24,425 nt of DNA, from the IMG/VR virus record IMGVR_UViG_3300035239_000090, positions 1 to 24,425 of that record, one strand, 5' to 3'. Position 1 is the stretch's first letter, and each line of letters begins with the position of its first letter. Positions 9,101 through 16,010 of this stretch are shown here, one piece after another. The stretch is from a virus (lineage: Duplodnaviria > Caudoviricetes). Below the pieces are notes generated by a model that was not told where the DNA came from, ran no database searches, and was given only the letters and a program-made list of their open reading frames with translations. Made by a program: the position numbers and the translations under genes.

Positions 9101-9114
9101 GATGGATTATTTGA
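3109..9114 (+). CDS. giant repeat-built virion protein (2001 aa), putative fibre/filament scaffold
   Basis: Uninterrupted 6-kb ORF with ~20-aa repeats of the form xGxLFxFSGxAExxxxxxxG, four 246-aa super-repeats and an N-terminal jelly-roll-like insert. Confidence 0.8.
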   Translation: MSFSYAGVGSVLFRGGILGNISHSYKSVQQSFYFTNTTANVTLTAADLNSGYNVSYDGSSLASSGTGVSHDGGFNVGSHVRTGSGVGVGYSNVSNRLVEYDLDLTGVEEITFRLVMGNGSNGGERPDGNEDLWMRFLDTSLSTNDASIKLLDHIETTYTSPGNKTVSVPVEARRSNQKIRIYQTTWSGTTQFDHYGFISITLDQTVSTRTATTTFVPGTTNTFEYLDFGGVSADYWVLQNYQNTVLSTIQNDQIINLTETGGIISMVDYGSLTEVEAVGISDWGLITVSSDVTPFGFLHYQSLTQWSVIKTWVGSGTVWEFGGSIYRLDAPWIGSGTLRASGEAYAALSYSYETKGQPTLRGAAGTVRQRAYNGSGSIFSNSFLGEAVARTFPEDIQPQGDERKTLFAVSGDAHVRFRPNYNGFGTLFSFSTTTFKQTYDYVGEGTLFNVSSTQEAVVWDYNNSSIDYFTYENFGSVATQPIESITLQSISNETIQSLANDRIIDLVVSGSVSGAFLDFGAIILDGQDAPETVRLDWGYIDTNQTDYPFGLFPISGTAKQVFTPNFIGSGVLFAFGEGRGRTKPRWIAYVQIGIFGAAKTNFSLLHKGSGNLFSFSSGEDSRAYAYSGSGALCAFSGAAESVGSDYPGTTALLPLTGAARVNFTPNWNGTGVATLTGASVERQTDHYKGSGTLFNFETADESITYHYSSTSNTIFGYRNYGSVASAPIESITLQSIANETIESLKDDRIIDLVVSGSTTGSYLDYGAIILNGVDAPETVREDYGSIMESISRYAMGDFLVEGEAATTRARTHIGTGGLFAFVSGIGRTKPRWIANIQIDVTGEGDTPRSRSFVGDGSLFNIQTADERRSYGYQSTGTLYAVAGAAEVFGANPPDITTDLQFVGSAGIAFVPNWNGSGSVTISGTARESASFDHIGKGVLYNFQTATERRVYHYNSTSIDEYVHLDYGLVGDPPIDSWIISSHSTVVLQTIATTKLLDLTESAPTGSNYYDYRHLEQPLDSGLFGVQDAPDITDDYQYILDSATIYPFGKLRLGLASTDTKTNFTLLHVGNAEGAQITLTGEASIRLPNVHNGSGTFFAFTGTAESVSFRTPDREGLFTFTGSLQESFAHAPAIGQGIVSISGTTEPEILTFAEQPVGEIYVSGVSSNAFTPNWNGSGSISTFSGAAESSTVKLVDLYGLYDFVGTATIKSTVAESGFVRIKLSGTTEPEILTFAEQPFGTATIFGQSTSKFAQNYIGFGFISTLSGAAESVTFNPLEKDLLFSITGRATESFTFGTYETEGSIVLSGIAVETRTFADLTSGTISTSGIADVANVNVYQGEGNIFSRGLVSESITKRLPAFTAHLDFAGVAEERATFREIFFGSLFKFNGTSGPGVRTFAEEPQTLGRLNGIAATSRARDFIGTGAIFSNGISSEAITRKLPEFTAHLNVTGLAEESATFREVLFGSLFTFRGSTAPEILTFTEQFSVEIDVLGIADTSRTRIYLGSGRISTLSGAAEAVTFNPLEKDLLFDLTGIAAERRTNAFVGTGQIKVYPEAADIRFIPNWNGSGTIPVSGIADESVARDEIVRVLIATFSGAAESVTFNPLEKDALFSFTGRASIRSAVSEVKQVEVSLFAEPVTVHVVVVPPAGEGTATISGIGVEKSTRDYIGQVRIGTFSGAAESFTVNPLERQLLFSATGLAIQKVTRSYVGTGDLYAIGGASESRAVVPPTEGLYDISGEAKIVITLSHIGDGNLFGFVSAQEAVAYDYVGEQVLFSLSGTAEESITRREEFFGSIFSFSGAAERVAYVPSLFADVNLSGVAATPRARAYQGFGNLPLFGGAAESRTITYENVAIFDFLGQVKPAITKAYIGEAEIKVSGEAQESFIRAPYFGQTEVQLSGTAAESTTANPPEEGTEIATDGEAKVLRSFAHQGSGTIKVNGDTIIGISLRIFGSGGVRVYGKAKVQALLSHKPDVHIYLEGKAITARIQVSPARTYGWII
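3781..6230 (+). repeat. four in-frame super-repeats with exact 738-nt (246-aa) spacing
   Basis: YLDFGGV at 3781, YENFGSV at 4519, YRNYGSV at 5257 and HLDYGLV at 5995. A 35-bp exact DNA repeat ACGACAGAATTATTGATCTAGTTGTATCTGGATCT lies at 4607-4641 and 5345-5379. Confidence 0.9.
6655..8200 (+). repeat. in-frame 82-83-aa repeats
   Basis: SGAAE motif at 6655, 6901, 7645, 7891 and 8140, followed by xxTxNPLE in the last four copies. ITKRLPAFTAHL and ITRKLPEFTAHL at 7165 and 7414 are 249 nt apart. Confidence 0.85.
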
Positions 9115-9117
9115 TAG

Positions 9118-9125
9118 TATAAATA
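9118..9125 (+). promoter_or_regulatory. T4-like late promoter TATAAATA
   Basis: Perfect box in the intergenic gap before the ATG at 9153. Confidence 0.85.
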
Positions 9126-9152
9126 TAAGCTGATATCCTAAAATTAATTTAG

Positions 9153-9611
9153 ATGACAACCCAGGTACAATTTAGGAGAGGTACTACCGCCGAACATGCG
9201 TTGTTTACTGGGGCGGTCGGTGAGTTAACAATTGATACCGACAAGAATATGGCCGTCATTCATGACGGAAATACAACTGGCGGATTTGATATTTTTCGTG
9301 CTAGATGGGAGTATTTAAATACTAGTGTAACTCTTGGAACAAGTTTGAGGTATCTAGTAGATTCGTCTGCTGGTCCTATAACATTGACTTTACCACTTTA
9401 CAATAATAAATTAGTCCCTAAACCAGGGGATGCAATGGAATTCATTGACATCAACTTTGCATGGGATATAAATAATGTTACAATAATCGATCCTGACGGA
9501 AGGCAATTCCAAAACACTCTTGGGGTTATTTCCAGTCCTTTAGTATTCGACTTGAAAGGAGCGAGAGTACAACTAATTTGGGACGGTAATTACTGGAGGG
9601 TAATCGTATGA
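9153..9611 (+). CDS. tail-fibre-associated protein with major tropism determinant N-terminal (Mtd_N)-like domain plus a fibre adaptor domain
   Basis: MTTQVQFRRGTTAEHALFTGAVGELTIDTDK...IHDG.T.GG is the Mtd_N-type signature. The C-half YLVDSSAGPITLTLP...PGD...D...NNVTI is paralogous to 13716-14042. Confidence 0.75.
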   Translation: MTTQVQFRRGTTAEHALFTGAVGELTIDTDKNMAVIHDGNTTGGFDIFRARWEYLNTSVTLGTSLRYLVDSSAGPITLTLPLYNNKLVPKPGDAMEFIDINFAWDINNVTIIDPDGRQFQNTLGVISSPLVFDLKGARVQLIWDGNYWRVIV

Positions 9612-10003
9612 CAATGTTCATTAGTGATAGTTATAGTAATTCATCTGGAGGGGGAGGATCTTCTTTCTCTTCAAATAATTATACCCTGGGAAATGATTTT
9701 ACTATCCATGGTCTCTACAGAGATGCTGACGGTATGTTAAATTATACAAAAATTAGAAGTATTGATGATGAAGTTGCTTCTTTTTACAGATTAGATGGAA
9801 CCCCATATTTAGATATAAGTACGGGTGTTTCTGATTATGTAGAAGAAACAACTGAAGAGAAATCATATACTAATCATCCACAAGATAAATATCAACAGTA
9901 TAGATTTGATAGTCGAAAGATTAGCTACTTTATTGACAGTGATGGCTACTTTGTTGCACGATTCAACGAAGCATATGATTATACAACAGAGGGACCCAAG
10001 TAA
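9608..10003 (+). CDS. hypothetical protein, probably virion-associated (131 aa)
   Basis: ATGA overlap with the upstream gene, GGAGG SD, Ser/Gly N-terminal linker and Tyr/Asp-rich body. Confidence 0.65.
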   Translation: MTMFISDSYSNSSGGGGSSFSSNNYTLGNDFTIHGLYRDADGMLNYTKIRSIDDEVASFYRLDGTPYLDISTGVSDYVEETTEEKSYTNHPQDKYQQYRFDSRKISYFIDSDGYFVARFNEAYDYTTEGPK

Positions 10004-10017
10004 TTTAGGAAAATAAC

Positions 10018-13000
10018 ATGGCAGATTTCAGATTAGGCAGACTTAAGTTTAATTGGAGGGGTGACTGGACAGTTGCCACTGCATACGTTATCGATGATAT
10101 CGTAAAGTTTGGCGCAAATACTTATGTTTGTATCACCAATCATACCTCGGCATCAAACGAGGCACAATGGTATGGCAGTGATGGTTCCAGATGGCAACTT
10201 CATACCGAAGGTCTTTACTTCAGAGGCGATTGGGTAGCAGCAACCTTCTATAAAACAAATGATATTGTCAAGTATGGCAATGATCAGTATAGGGTAACTG
10301 TTCCACATACTTCAAGTGCATCTTTTGATACGGCAAATTTTGTTTCGTATGCAAATGGTCTGAAGTTTGAAGATACTTGGGTCACCGGTACAGAGTATCA
10401 ATCAGGAGACATTGTACAATATGGTGGTTATAGTTACGTTGCTATTACAACTAGCAATAGTATAGCACCTAATACTAGTCTCGACGTTGATTGGGAAATT
10501 TTAGCAACTGGTTTTAAAGTTGTTGGTAATTGGGATGCTAGCAGCAACTACAAACCTGGTGACGTTGTACTACTTGGTGGTAACTCATACGTTGCTAAAA
10601 CAACTAATACCAACTCTACACCCGCATCTGCTTCTGCTGATTGGGACTTCGTTGTTGGTGGTTTCACATGGCAAGGAGTTTGGGCAGGAGGAACGACATA
10701 CTATCCTGGAGATACCGTTTCTAGAGCATCCAACTCTTACATCTGTGTAGCAGAATCACTGGGTAATCAACCAGAAACTGATGCAAATGGAGATTACTGG
10801 AACTCTTTAACTCAAGGTGCTCAATCTAACGTCTTGACTGACGCTGGTGATATTCTTTATGTCTCCGGATCTGGTTCTGCAAGACTACCCATTGGAAATT
10901 TTGGCGAAGTATTAACTGTTGATACCAATGGTTTCCCAGCATGGGAAAAGAATAATACAACAGATCCTGTTTACTATGTTACTACTGATGGTAGTAACTC
11001 AAATACCGGAGAAAATATTTCTAAAGCATGGCTCACTTTACGTCATGCAGTAGATAATATTACTGGTCCCGCAACTATCTACGTTAAAGCAGGATCGTAT
11101 TTAGAAACTCTCCCAATGATTGTTCCCGAGAACATTTCAATTGTTGGTGATAACATGAGAACTTCTGTTATCAAACCAGATACAGGTAATGCTAGTTCCA
11201 TCAATCGCCTGTCATTAGATCAAGTTCCTCAAGCAGCGAATATTATTCCTGGAGAAACTTGCACTAATGGTACTGCTAACAAGACTGCACTGATCATGGA
11301 TGTCCGCGATGGTGGCGGAACTATTGATATTCTCCCAGTAACTGGTGGTAATTGGACTAATTCAGACACCTTTGAAAATGGTGCTGGTGATGTTACTATC
11401 AACACCGTTGCTATGGTTAATAATGAGAACGCAACGATGTTCTACTTGAGCAACAAGTGTATGCTCAAAGATCTTGTTATGGATGGTATGAATGGATTTC
11501 TTCCTTCTGGATCAGATCCTAAAGATCTCAACACTGCAACTATTGGTGGCGTGTTCTTACGCTTGAATCCTAACTCACCAACCACCAAATCCCCATACAT
11601 TTCACAGTGTTCGTCTTTCTCTGACACTGGTGTTGGTGCTATTGTTGATGGTGGTGTTCACGAGAAGTGGGATGGCACAGGAACTCCGTCAAACAAATCA
11701 ATGTTGTTTGACTCTTTCACCCAAATTTTTAATACTGGCGGTGTAGGTTTCTGGGTTACAAACAATGGTAATTCAGAAATTGTTTCGAGTTTCACATACT
11801 ATGCTCACGCATCTTATGTTGCTACTCGTGGTGGTGCTATCAGATCACTTGCAGGTAACTCTTCTTGGGGTGTTTATGGTATTATCTCTTCTGGTTTCAA
11901 CCAGTCCGAATCAACTACCGATGGTTTCATCGATGGTTTAGAACTCAACTATGTTGTTGCAACGCTTTCTACTGGCAATCCATTTGAAACTGCAGAAACT
12001 ATTACTGGTGGTACATCAGGTGCAGTTGGAGAGATTACTAGTTTCCAACCTTCTGCATATAAGATTCTATATCGTCCTCTCAAAGGAACTTTTGTACAGA
12101 ATGAAGTTGTTACTGGTGGCACATCAGGATGCACCACAACATTAGTAAATAATTCAGATGCATCAACAGGTGTCAGTGGATTTACTTACGTATTGGGTGG
12201 ATTAACTTCTGCTCCAAAATCTGGTGGTTCTATCGAATTTGTAACTGGTCCTGGTAATGCCGGAGCAGACTCATTTACATATGTAATTGCTAATTCTTCT
12301 TTCAACCCCTCAAGAGGAGAAGGAGAATTAACGGTAACTAGAGGAGCACTAGCATCTACACCAGCAACTCATGATGGATTGAGTACTATCATTAGATATC
12401 AAACTAATGGTAACACTACTACATTATCTTCTGCTATCTCATCGGATGTTGCTACAACGATCCAAGTTGGTTCCATTACAGGAATTAATACGGGTGGTTA
12501 TATCATCATCGGTGATGAGATGATGGAAGTAATTTCATTCCCAACAGCAACTTCAGTCGAAGTTCTTCGTGGAGTTGAAGGTACAACTGCAACACTTCAC
12601 AACAGTGGTGTTACTATTACTGCTTTGCAAATCAAAGTTCCTACACAAACTACTACAAGAAGAGATCTTGATGCATCAGAAACTACTATTTTGGTCCTGT
12701 CTAACACAGGAACATTAGTTACTGATTACATCAGAATTGGTAGTGAATTTATGATCGTCACTGCTTCTGCAACAATCACAACTGGTGTAACTACTATTGT
12801 TCTTGCAGAAACAAAAGGAGTAGCTACTTATGATCGCCAATTAATGAAGGTCAGATATCTGTATTCACAGGTACGTCTAACTGGTCATGACTTCTTGAAC
12901 ATTGGTACTGGTAGCAAAACACAGACAAACTTCCCTGGTTTACCGTTAGTTGATAACGCTCAAGGTAATGAGGTTACTGAAGATTTCCCAGGTCGTGTAT

Positions 13001-13293
13001 TCTATGTTTCAACTGACCAAGACGGTAACTTTACTGTTGGTCGTTACTTCAAAGTTAACCAGGCAACTGGTAGCACAACCTTGAATGCATCATCCTTCGA
13101 TCTGTCTGGTCTTACTTCATTGAGACTTGGTTCTATTGGTGCTCAAATTGGAGAATCAATTAGTGAGTTCTCAAGTGATGTTACACTTTCTGCTAATAGT
13201 AATTCAAAAGTTGCAACGCAGAAAGCGACCAAGGCATATGTCGATGATAAAACTAAATCCAAAGGATTTACTTTCTGGGCGGGTGCAATGTGA
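10018..13293 (+). CDS. tail fibre/spike-like protein (1091 aa): five N-terminal CBM5/12-like repeats and a pectin-lyase-like beta-helix region
   Basis: Five WxxxTxYxxxDxVxxGxxxY-type repeats. YYVTTDGSNSNTG...TLRHA...TIYVKAGSYLE.LP..VP..ISIVGD.MR is a beta-helix cap motif. The C-terminal block is GRVFYVSTDQDGNF...EFSSD...ATQKATKAYVD. Confidence 0.8.
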   Translation: MADFRLGRLKFNWRGDWTVATAYVIDDIVKFGANTYVCITNHTSASNEAQWYGSDGSRWQLHTEGLYFRGDWVAATFYKTNDIVKYGNDQYRVTVPHTSSASFDTANFVSYANGLKFEDTWVTGTEYQSGDIVQYGGYSYVAITTSNSIAPNTSLDVDWEILATGFKVVGNWDASSNYKPGDVVLLGGNSYVAKTTNTNSTPASASADWDFVVGGFTWQGVWAGGTTYYPGDTVSRASNSYICVAESLGNQPETDANGDYWNSLTQGAQSNVLTDAGDILYVSGSGSARLPIGNFGEVLTVDTNGFPAWEKNNTTDPVYYVTTDGSNSNTGENISKAWLTLRHAVDNITGPATIYVKAGSYLETLPMIVPENISIVGDNMRTSVIKPDTGNASSINRLSLDQVPQAANIIPGETCTNGTANKTALIMDVRDGGGTIDILPVTGGNWTNSDTFENGAGDVTINTVAMVNNENATMFYLSNKCMLKDLVMDGMNGFLPSGSDPKDLNTATIGGVFLRLNPNSPTTKSPYISQCSSFSDTGVGAIVDGGVHEKWDGTGTPSNKSMLFDSFTQIFNTGGVGFWVTNNGNSEIVSSFTYYAHASYVATRGGAIRSLAGNSSWGVYGIISSGFNQSESTTDGFIDGLELNYVVATLSTGNPFETAETITGGTSGAVGEITSFQPSAYKILYRPLKGTFVQNEVVTGGTSGCTTTLVNNSDASTGVSGFTYVLGGLTSAPKSGGSIEFVTGPGNAGADSFTYVIANSSFNPSRGEGELTVTRGALASTPATHDGLSTIIRYQTNGNTTTLSSAISSDVATTIQVGSITGINTGGYIIIGDEMMEVISFPTATSVEVLRGVEGTTATLHNSGVTITALQIKVPTQTTTRRDLDASETTILVLSNTGTLVTDYIRIGSEFMIVTASATITTGVTTIVLAETKGVATYDRQLMKVRYLYSQVRLTGHDFLNIGTGSKTQTNFPGLPLVDNAQGNEVTEDFPGRVFYVSTDQDGNFTVGRYFKVNQATGSTTLNASSFDLSGLTSLRLGSIGAQIGESISEFSSDVTLSANSNSKVATQKATKAYVDDKTKSKGFTFWAGAM

Positions 13294-13302
13294 TCCCCAC
13301 TT

Positions 13303-13310
13303 TATAAATA
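13303..13310 (+). promoter_or_regulatory. T4-like late promoter TATAAATA
   Basis: Perfect intergenic box, with a GGAG SD before the ATG at 13353. Confidence 0.85.
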
Positions 13311-13352
13311 AAACTAAACAATCATACTTCATAGATATACACGGAGATCAAC

Positions 13353-13673
13353 ATGGCTTCTGGAATCTTGGGGACACAATCCTCACTATCAGCAAACACT
13401 TTAACTACAATTTATACGGTTCCCGCAACTACGGTTTCGTATGTAAACTTTAACGTTGTGAATACGAATGCTACTGCGGTAACAGTTCGTATCGCTCTTT
13501 CTGCTACGGGAACACCGACAGCAGCAGAATACATCGAGTATAACGCAGAGATTGCAGGTTACGGTATTTTAGAAAGAACTGGTATTGCGTTACAAGCAGC
13601 AAAAAATCTTGTCGCATTTTCCAATACAGCAAATGTAAGCATTTCTGTTTACGGCGTAGAAGAATCGGAATAA
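13353..13673 (+). CDS. small beta-sandwich virion protein (106 aa)
   Basis: YTVP...VRIALS...EYIEYN...ANVSISVYG. The same domain occurs twice in 23227-24378. Confidence 0.75.
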   Translation: MASGILGTQSSLSANTLTTIYTVPATTVSYVNFNVVNTNATAVTVRIALSATGTPTAAEYIEYNAEIAGYGILERTGIALQAAKNLVAFSNTANVSISVYGVEESE

Positions 13674-13685
13674 AAAATCACGTTT

Positions 13686-13693
13686 CATAAATA
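13686..13693 (+). promoter_or_regulatory. late promoter variant CATAAATA
   Basis: 7/8 match in the intergenic gap, with an AAGGA SD before the ATG at 13716. Confidence 0.65.
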
Positions 13694-13715
13694 ATACAAA
13701 GGAGTCATAAGGAAA

Positions 13716-14042
13716 ATGGGACGTAACCTATCACAAGTAACGGAATCCAGAGCAACAGTAACAATTACAGCAGATCATAGTATTCTGTCTGGCGAAATTT
13801 TACTGCTTGATACTACTGCTGGAACAATTTTAACCGTAACACTGCCAGCAAACCCTCGTCCGGCAGATCGCGTCAATTTAGTTGACGTTGCAGGACTATG
13901 TGGTACAACCAAAGTCATTGTTGCCCGTAACGGCAATAAGATTGCTAACCTGGCAGAAGACCTAGATTTTGATATTAAAAATGCATCTCTTGAATTAATC
14001 TACACAGGTTCTACTTACGGTTGGTCGATTCTCTCTAACTAA
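13716..14042 (+). CDS. tail-fibre adaptor-like protein (108 aa)
   Basis: LDTTAG..LTVTLPANP...DRV..VD......K..VARNGNKI...AEDL..D...ASLELIYTG..YGW is a domain common in phage fibre proteins. Confidence 0.75.
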   Translation: MGRNLSQVTESRATVTITADHSILSGEILLLDTTAGTILTVTLPANPRPADRVNLVDVAGLCGTTKVIVARNGNKIANLAEDLDFDIKNASLELIYTGSTYGWSILSN

Positions 14043-14069
14043 TATTAACACTAGCGGAGGGATAATCCA

Positions 14070-15011
14070 ATGTCAAGTTTAAGAGATCTTTTAGATGTAG
14101 CAACTACCGATAATTTGCCGGTAGCTACATATTATGGTGAACAGCAAAGTCACTCTATTTACTATAGAGGGCAGGGACACTGCAAGTGTTATAGTGATGC
14201 CCAATATAGTTACGGGTATCAAGAATTCAATTGGTGCGTACCCCAATGCTGTGTAGAAAAAGTAAAGTTTGAAATCTGGGGCGGCGGTGGAGGCGGCGGT
14301 GGCGGTTGCTGCTGTATGCCGGGAGCTCCTTCACACTCTGGTCAGTATCACCAATACACTGTATGTGCTTCAGATCGAGGTGTTAATCATCTTGACAATT
14401 GTTGTTACCTTTTTTGCGTTGCTCCTCATACATGTAGAAAACCCACCGGGGATGGTTTCGATGGTTGTAAGACTTACGCTCTTGGACCAGGATTAGATAA
14501 CTTCTGTGCTTGCGGCGGTTGTTATTCCATGTCATGTTGTAATGGTGCCCAAAACGGATATTGGGGTTGCAACCACAGATACAACTGGCAGGTTGGCGAG
14601 GCCCGAGCACGTTGGCAGACAGCTGCTCCAGCAACTCCAGACAACAGTCGCGCTACTCGCAAAACTTGCGAAGATAATGGAAACTATTTCTGGGGTAACG
14701 TACAAGGTTATAGTCAAATGGATTGCGGCGATAACGGAAACTGGTGTATGCAAAAACCACAAATCCCAATGCCTGCCGGAATTGATTCTAAAATGGGATC
14801 ATTCTCTATGATGAGAAAGTCTGGTATGGCAGGATGTGGAGAACGTGAAGCACAATTCATGGCAGGTAATAATGGTGGTGTCAGCAACAGTTGTGCTATG
14901 TTCCCAGTTGGTTCTGGTGTAATGTCTGGTGACGCTTTTGGTGGCGGTTGCTGCTGTGGGTACTCCGGAGCACCAGGTCAAATTAGAATTACTTGGTACT
15001 GTAAAGCATAG
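14070..15011 (+). CDS. Gly/Cys-rich putative adhesin, paralog 1 (313 aa, 29 Cys by hand count)
   Basis: GGAGG SD; MSSLRDLL start; FEIWGGGGGGGGGCCC; NFCA; GGGCCC.....GQIRITW end. Confidence 0.75.
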   Translation: MSSLRDLLDVATTDNLPVATYYGEQQSHSIYYRGQGHCKCYSDAQYSYGYQEFNWCVPQCCVEKVKFEIWGGGGGGGGGCCCMPGAPSHSGQYHQYTVCASDRGVNHLDNCCYLFCVAPHTCRKPTGDGFDGCKTYALGPGLDNFCACGGCYSMSCCNGAQNGYWGCNHRYNWQVGEARARWQTAAPATPDNSRATRKTCEDNGNYFWGNVQGYSQMDCGDNGNWCMQKPQIPMPAGIDSKMGSFSMMRKSGMAGCGEREAQFMAGNNGGVSNSCAMFPVGSGVMSGDAFGGGCCCGYSGAPGQIRITWYCKA

Positions 15012-15020
15012 GATAAACAT

Positions 15021-15974
15021 ATGGCAAACTTAAGAACACTATTAGGAAAAGAATTTGGTTCAACCGTACAAGGTGCTGCAGCAGAATATGCTAGTTTATC
15101 CAAAGTTCGTGATGGAAAAATATTCACGATGTATCCTTTCTGTCAACAATCAAAGGACAATAACTATCGTGGATATTGTGTAGAGTACTGGTGTATGCCG
15201 TGCGGCACTACACAAGCTACTTTTGAGATTTGGGGCGGCGGAGGCAGCGGCGGTGGCGGTTGCTGCTGTCAGCAAGGAATTCCTGGCGGATCTGGTTCGT
15301 ATTCCAGAAAAACTATCACCAGTGCAGATGGTAATGGAGACATGGGTGGTTGGTGCTTCTTCTTGAAAGTTGCAGAACCAACCGATTGCTCCGCGTGCTG
15401 CGTTGGTTATCAAGGTTGTAAAACATATATTTGTGGAACTACATCAGCAGCAAAAACTGCTATTGGTAGTAACTTCTGTGCAGAAGGTGGAGTACCTGGA
15501 AAGACCTGTTGTGACGCATATTGGAGTACTGACTTTAGATGTACCGATAGAGTCTATTGGACAGGTTGTGGCGGATACGATCCTGCTACTGATGGAGCTG
15601 TTGCATACGGTGGTGATGAGAATGTTAAAGGTAATGTAGGATTCTTCAGAACTTACAATACATCTGACAACTGTTGGGCAAAACTTGGATTACCATATCC
15701 AGCAAGACTGATGGATCATAAGGGTGGTCATGTCACGGCAACTAATAAAGGAAACGCTTGCATTAATGAAGGTTCTGCTTGTCAAGGTACAACGCCATTC
15801 GCATTTGCTTCCGGTTGTTCTTCAGGACTTCCTGGTATCGGTAGTCCATCTACTACGTCTTGCGGCGGTAGTTGCTGTTATGGATGGAAAGGTTCTGGTG
15901 GGTTGATCAGAATTACCTACTGTTCCTGTTGGTTGGGTGTTAACGAGGCATGCTCTCTACACTTCTGTTCATAA
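15021..15974 (+). CDS. Gly/Cys-rich putative adhesin, paralog 2 (317 aa, 29 Cys by hand count)
   Basis: MANLRTLL start; FEIWGGGGSGGGGCCC..GIPGGSGSY; NFCAEGG; GGSCCYG..G.GGLIRITY. Confidence 0.75.
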   Translation: MANLRTLLGKEFGSTVQGAAAEYASLSKVRDGKIFTMYPFCQQSKDNNYRGYCVEYWCMPCGTTQATFEIWGGGGSGGGGCCCQQGIPGGSGSYSRKTITSADGNGDMGGWCFFLKVAEPTDCSACCVGYQGCKTYICGTTSAAKTAIGSNFCAEGGVPGKTCCDAYWSTDFRCTDRVYWTGCGGYDPATDGAVAYGGDENVKGNVGFFRTYNTSDNCWAKLGLPYPARLMDHKGGHVTATNKGNACINEGSACQGTTPFAFASGCSSGLPGIGSPSTTSCGGSCCYGWKGSGGLIRITYCSCWLGVNEACSLHFCS

Positions 15975-15981
15975 TCTATTA

Positions 15982-15989
15982 TCTAAATA
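15982..15989 (+). promoter_or_regulatory. late promoter variant TCTAAATA
   Basis: 7/8 match in the intergenic gap, with an AAGGA SD before the ATG at 16011. Confidence 0.55.
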
Positions 15990-16010
15990 AGAATACCAAG
16001 GAATTATCTA

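Noticed and set aside
4217-9133. Long +1-frame ORFs inside the 2001-aa gene (e.g. 4664-5365, 5429-6151, 7112-7927, 7934-9133)
   Set aside because: Shadow ORFs. The main gene rarely uses NTA/NTG codons, so stops are scarce in that frame. The products are L/V/Q-biased, lack motifs and simply mirror the main-frame repeats.
9153-9300. Diversity-generating retroelement suggested by the Mtd_N-like domain
   Set aside because: No reverse transcriptase, no C-type-lectin variable domain, and no TR/VR pair differing only at adenines are visible. Mtd_N is a generic fibre-attachment domain.
9467-9891. Intragenic TATAAATA (9467-9474) and GATAAATA (9884-9891), each about 130 nt before the next start codon
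   Set aside because: They could be internal late promoters, but a few such 8-mers are expected by chance in AT-rich DNA. Not supportable without transcription start data.
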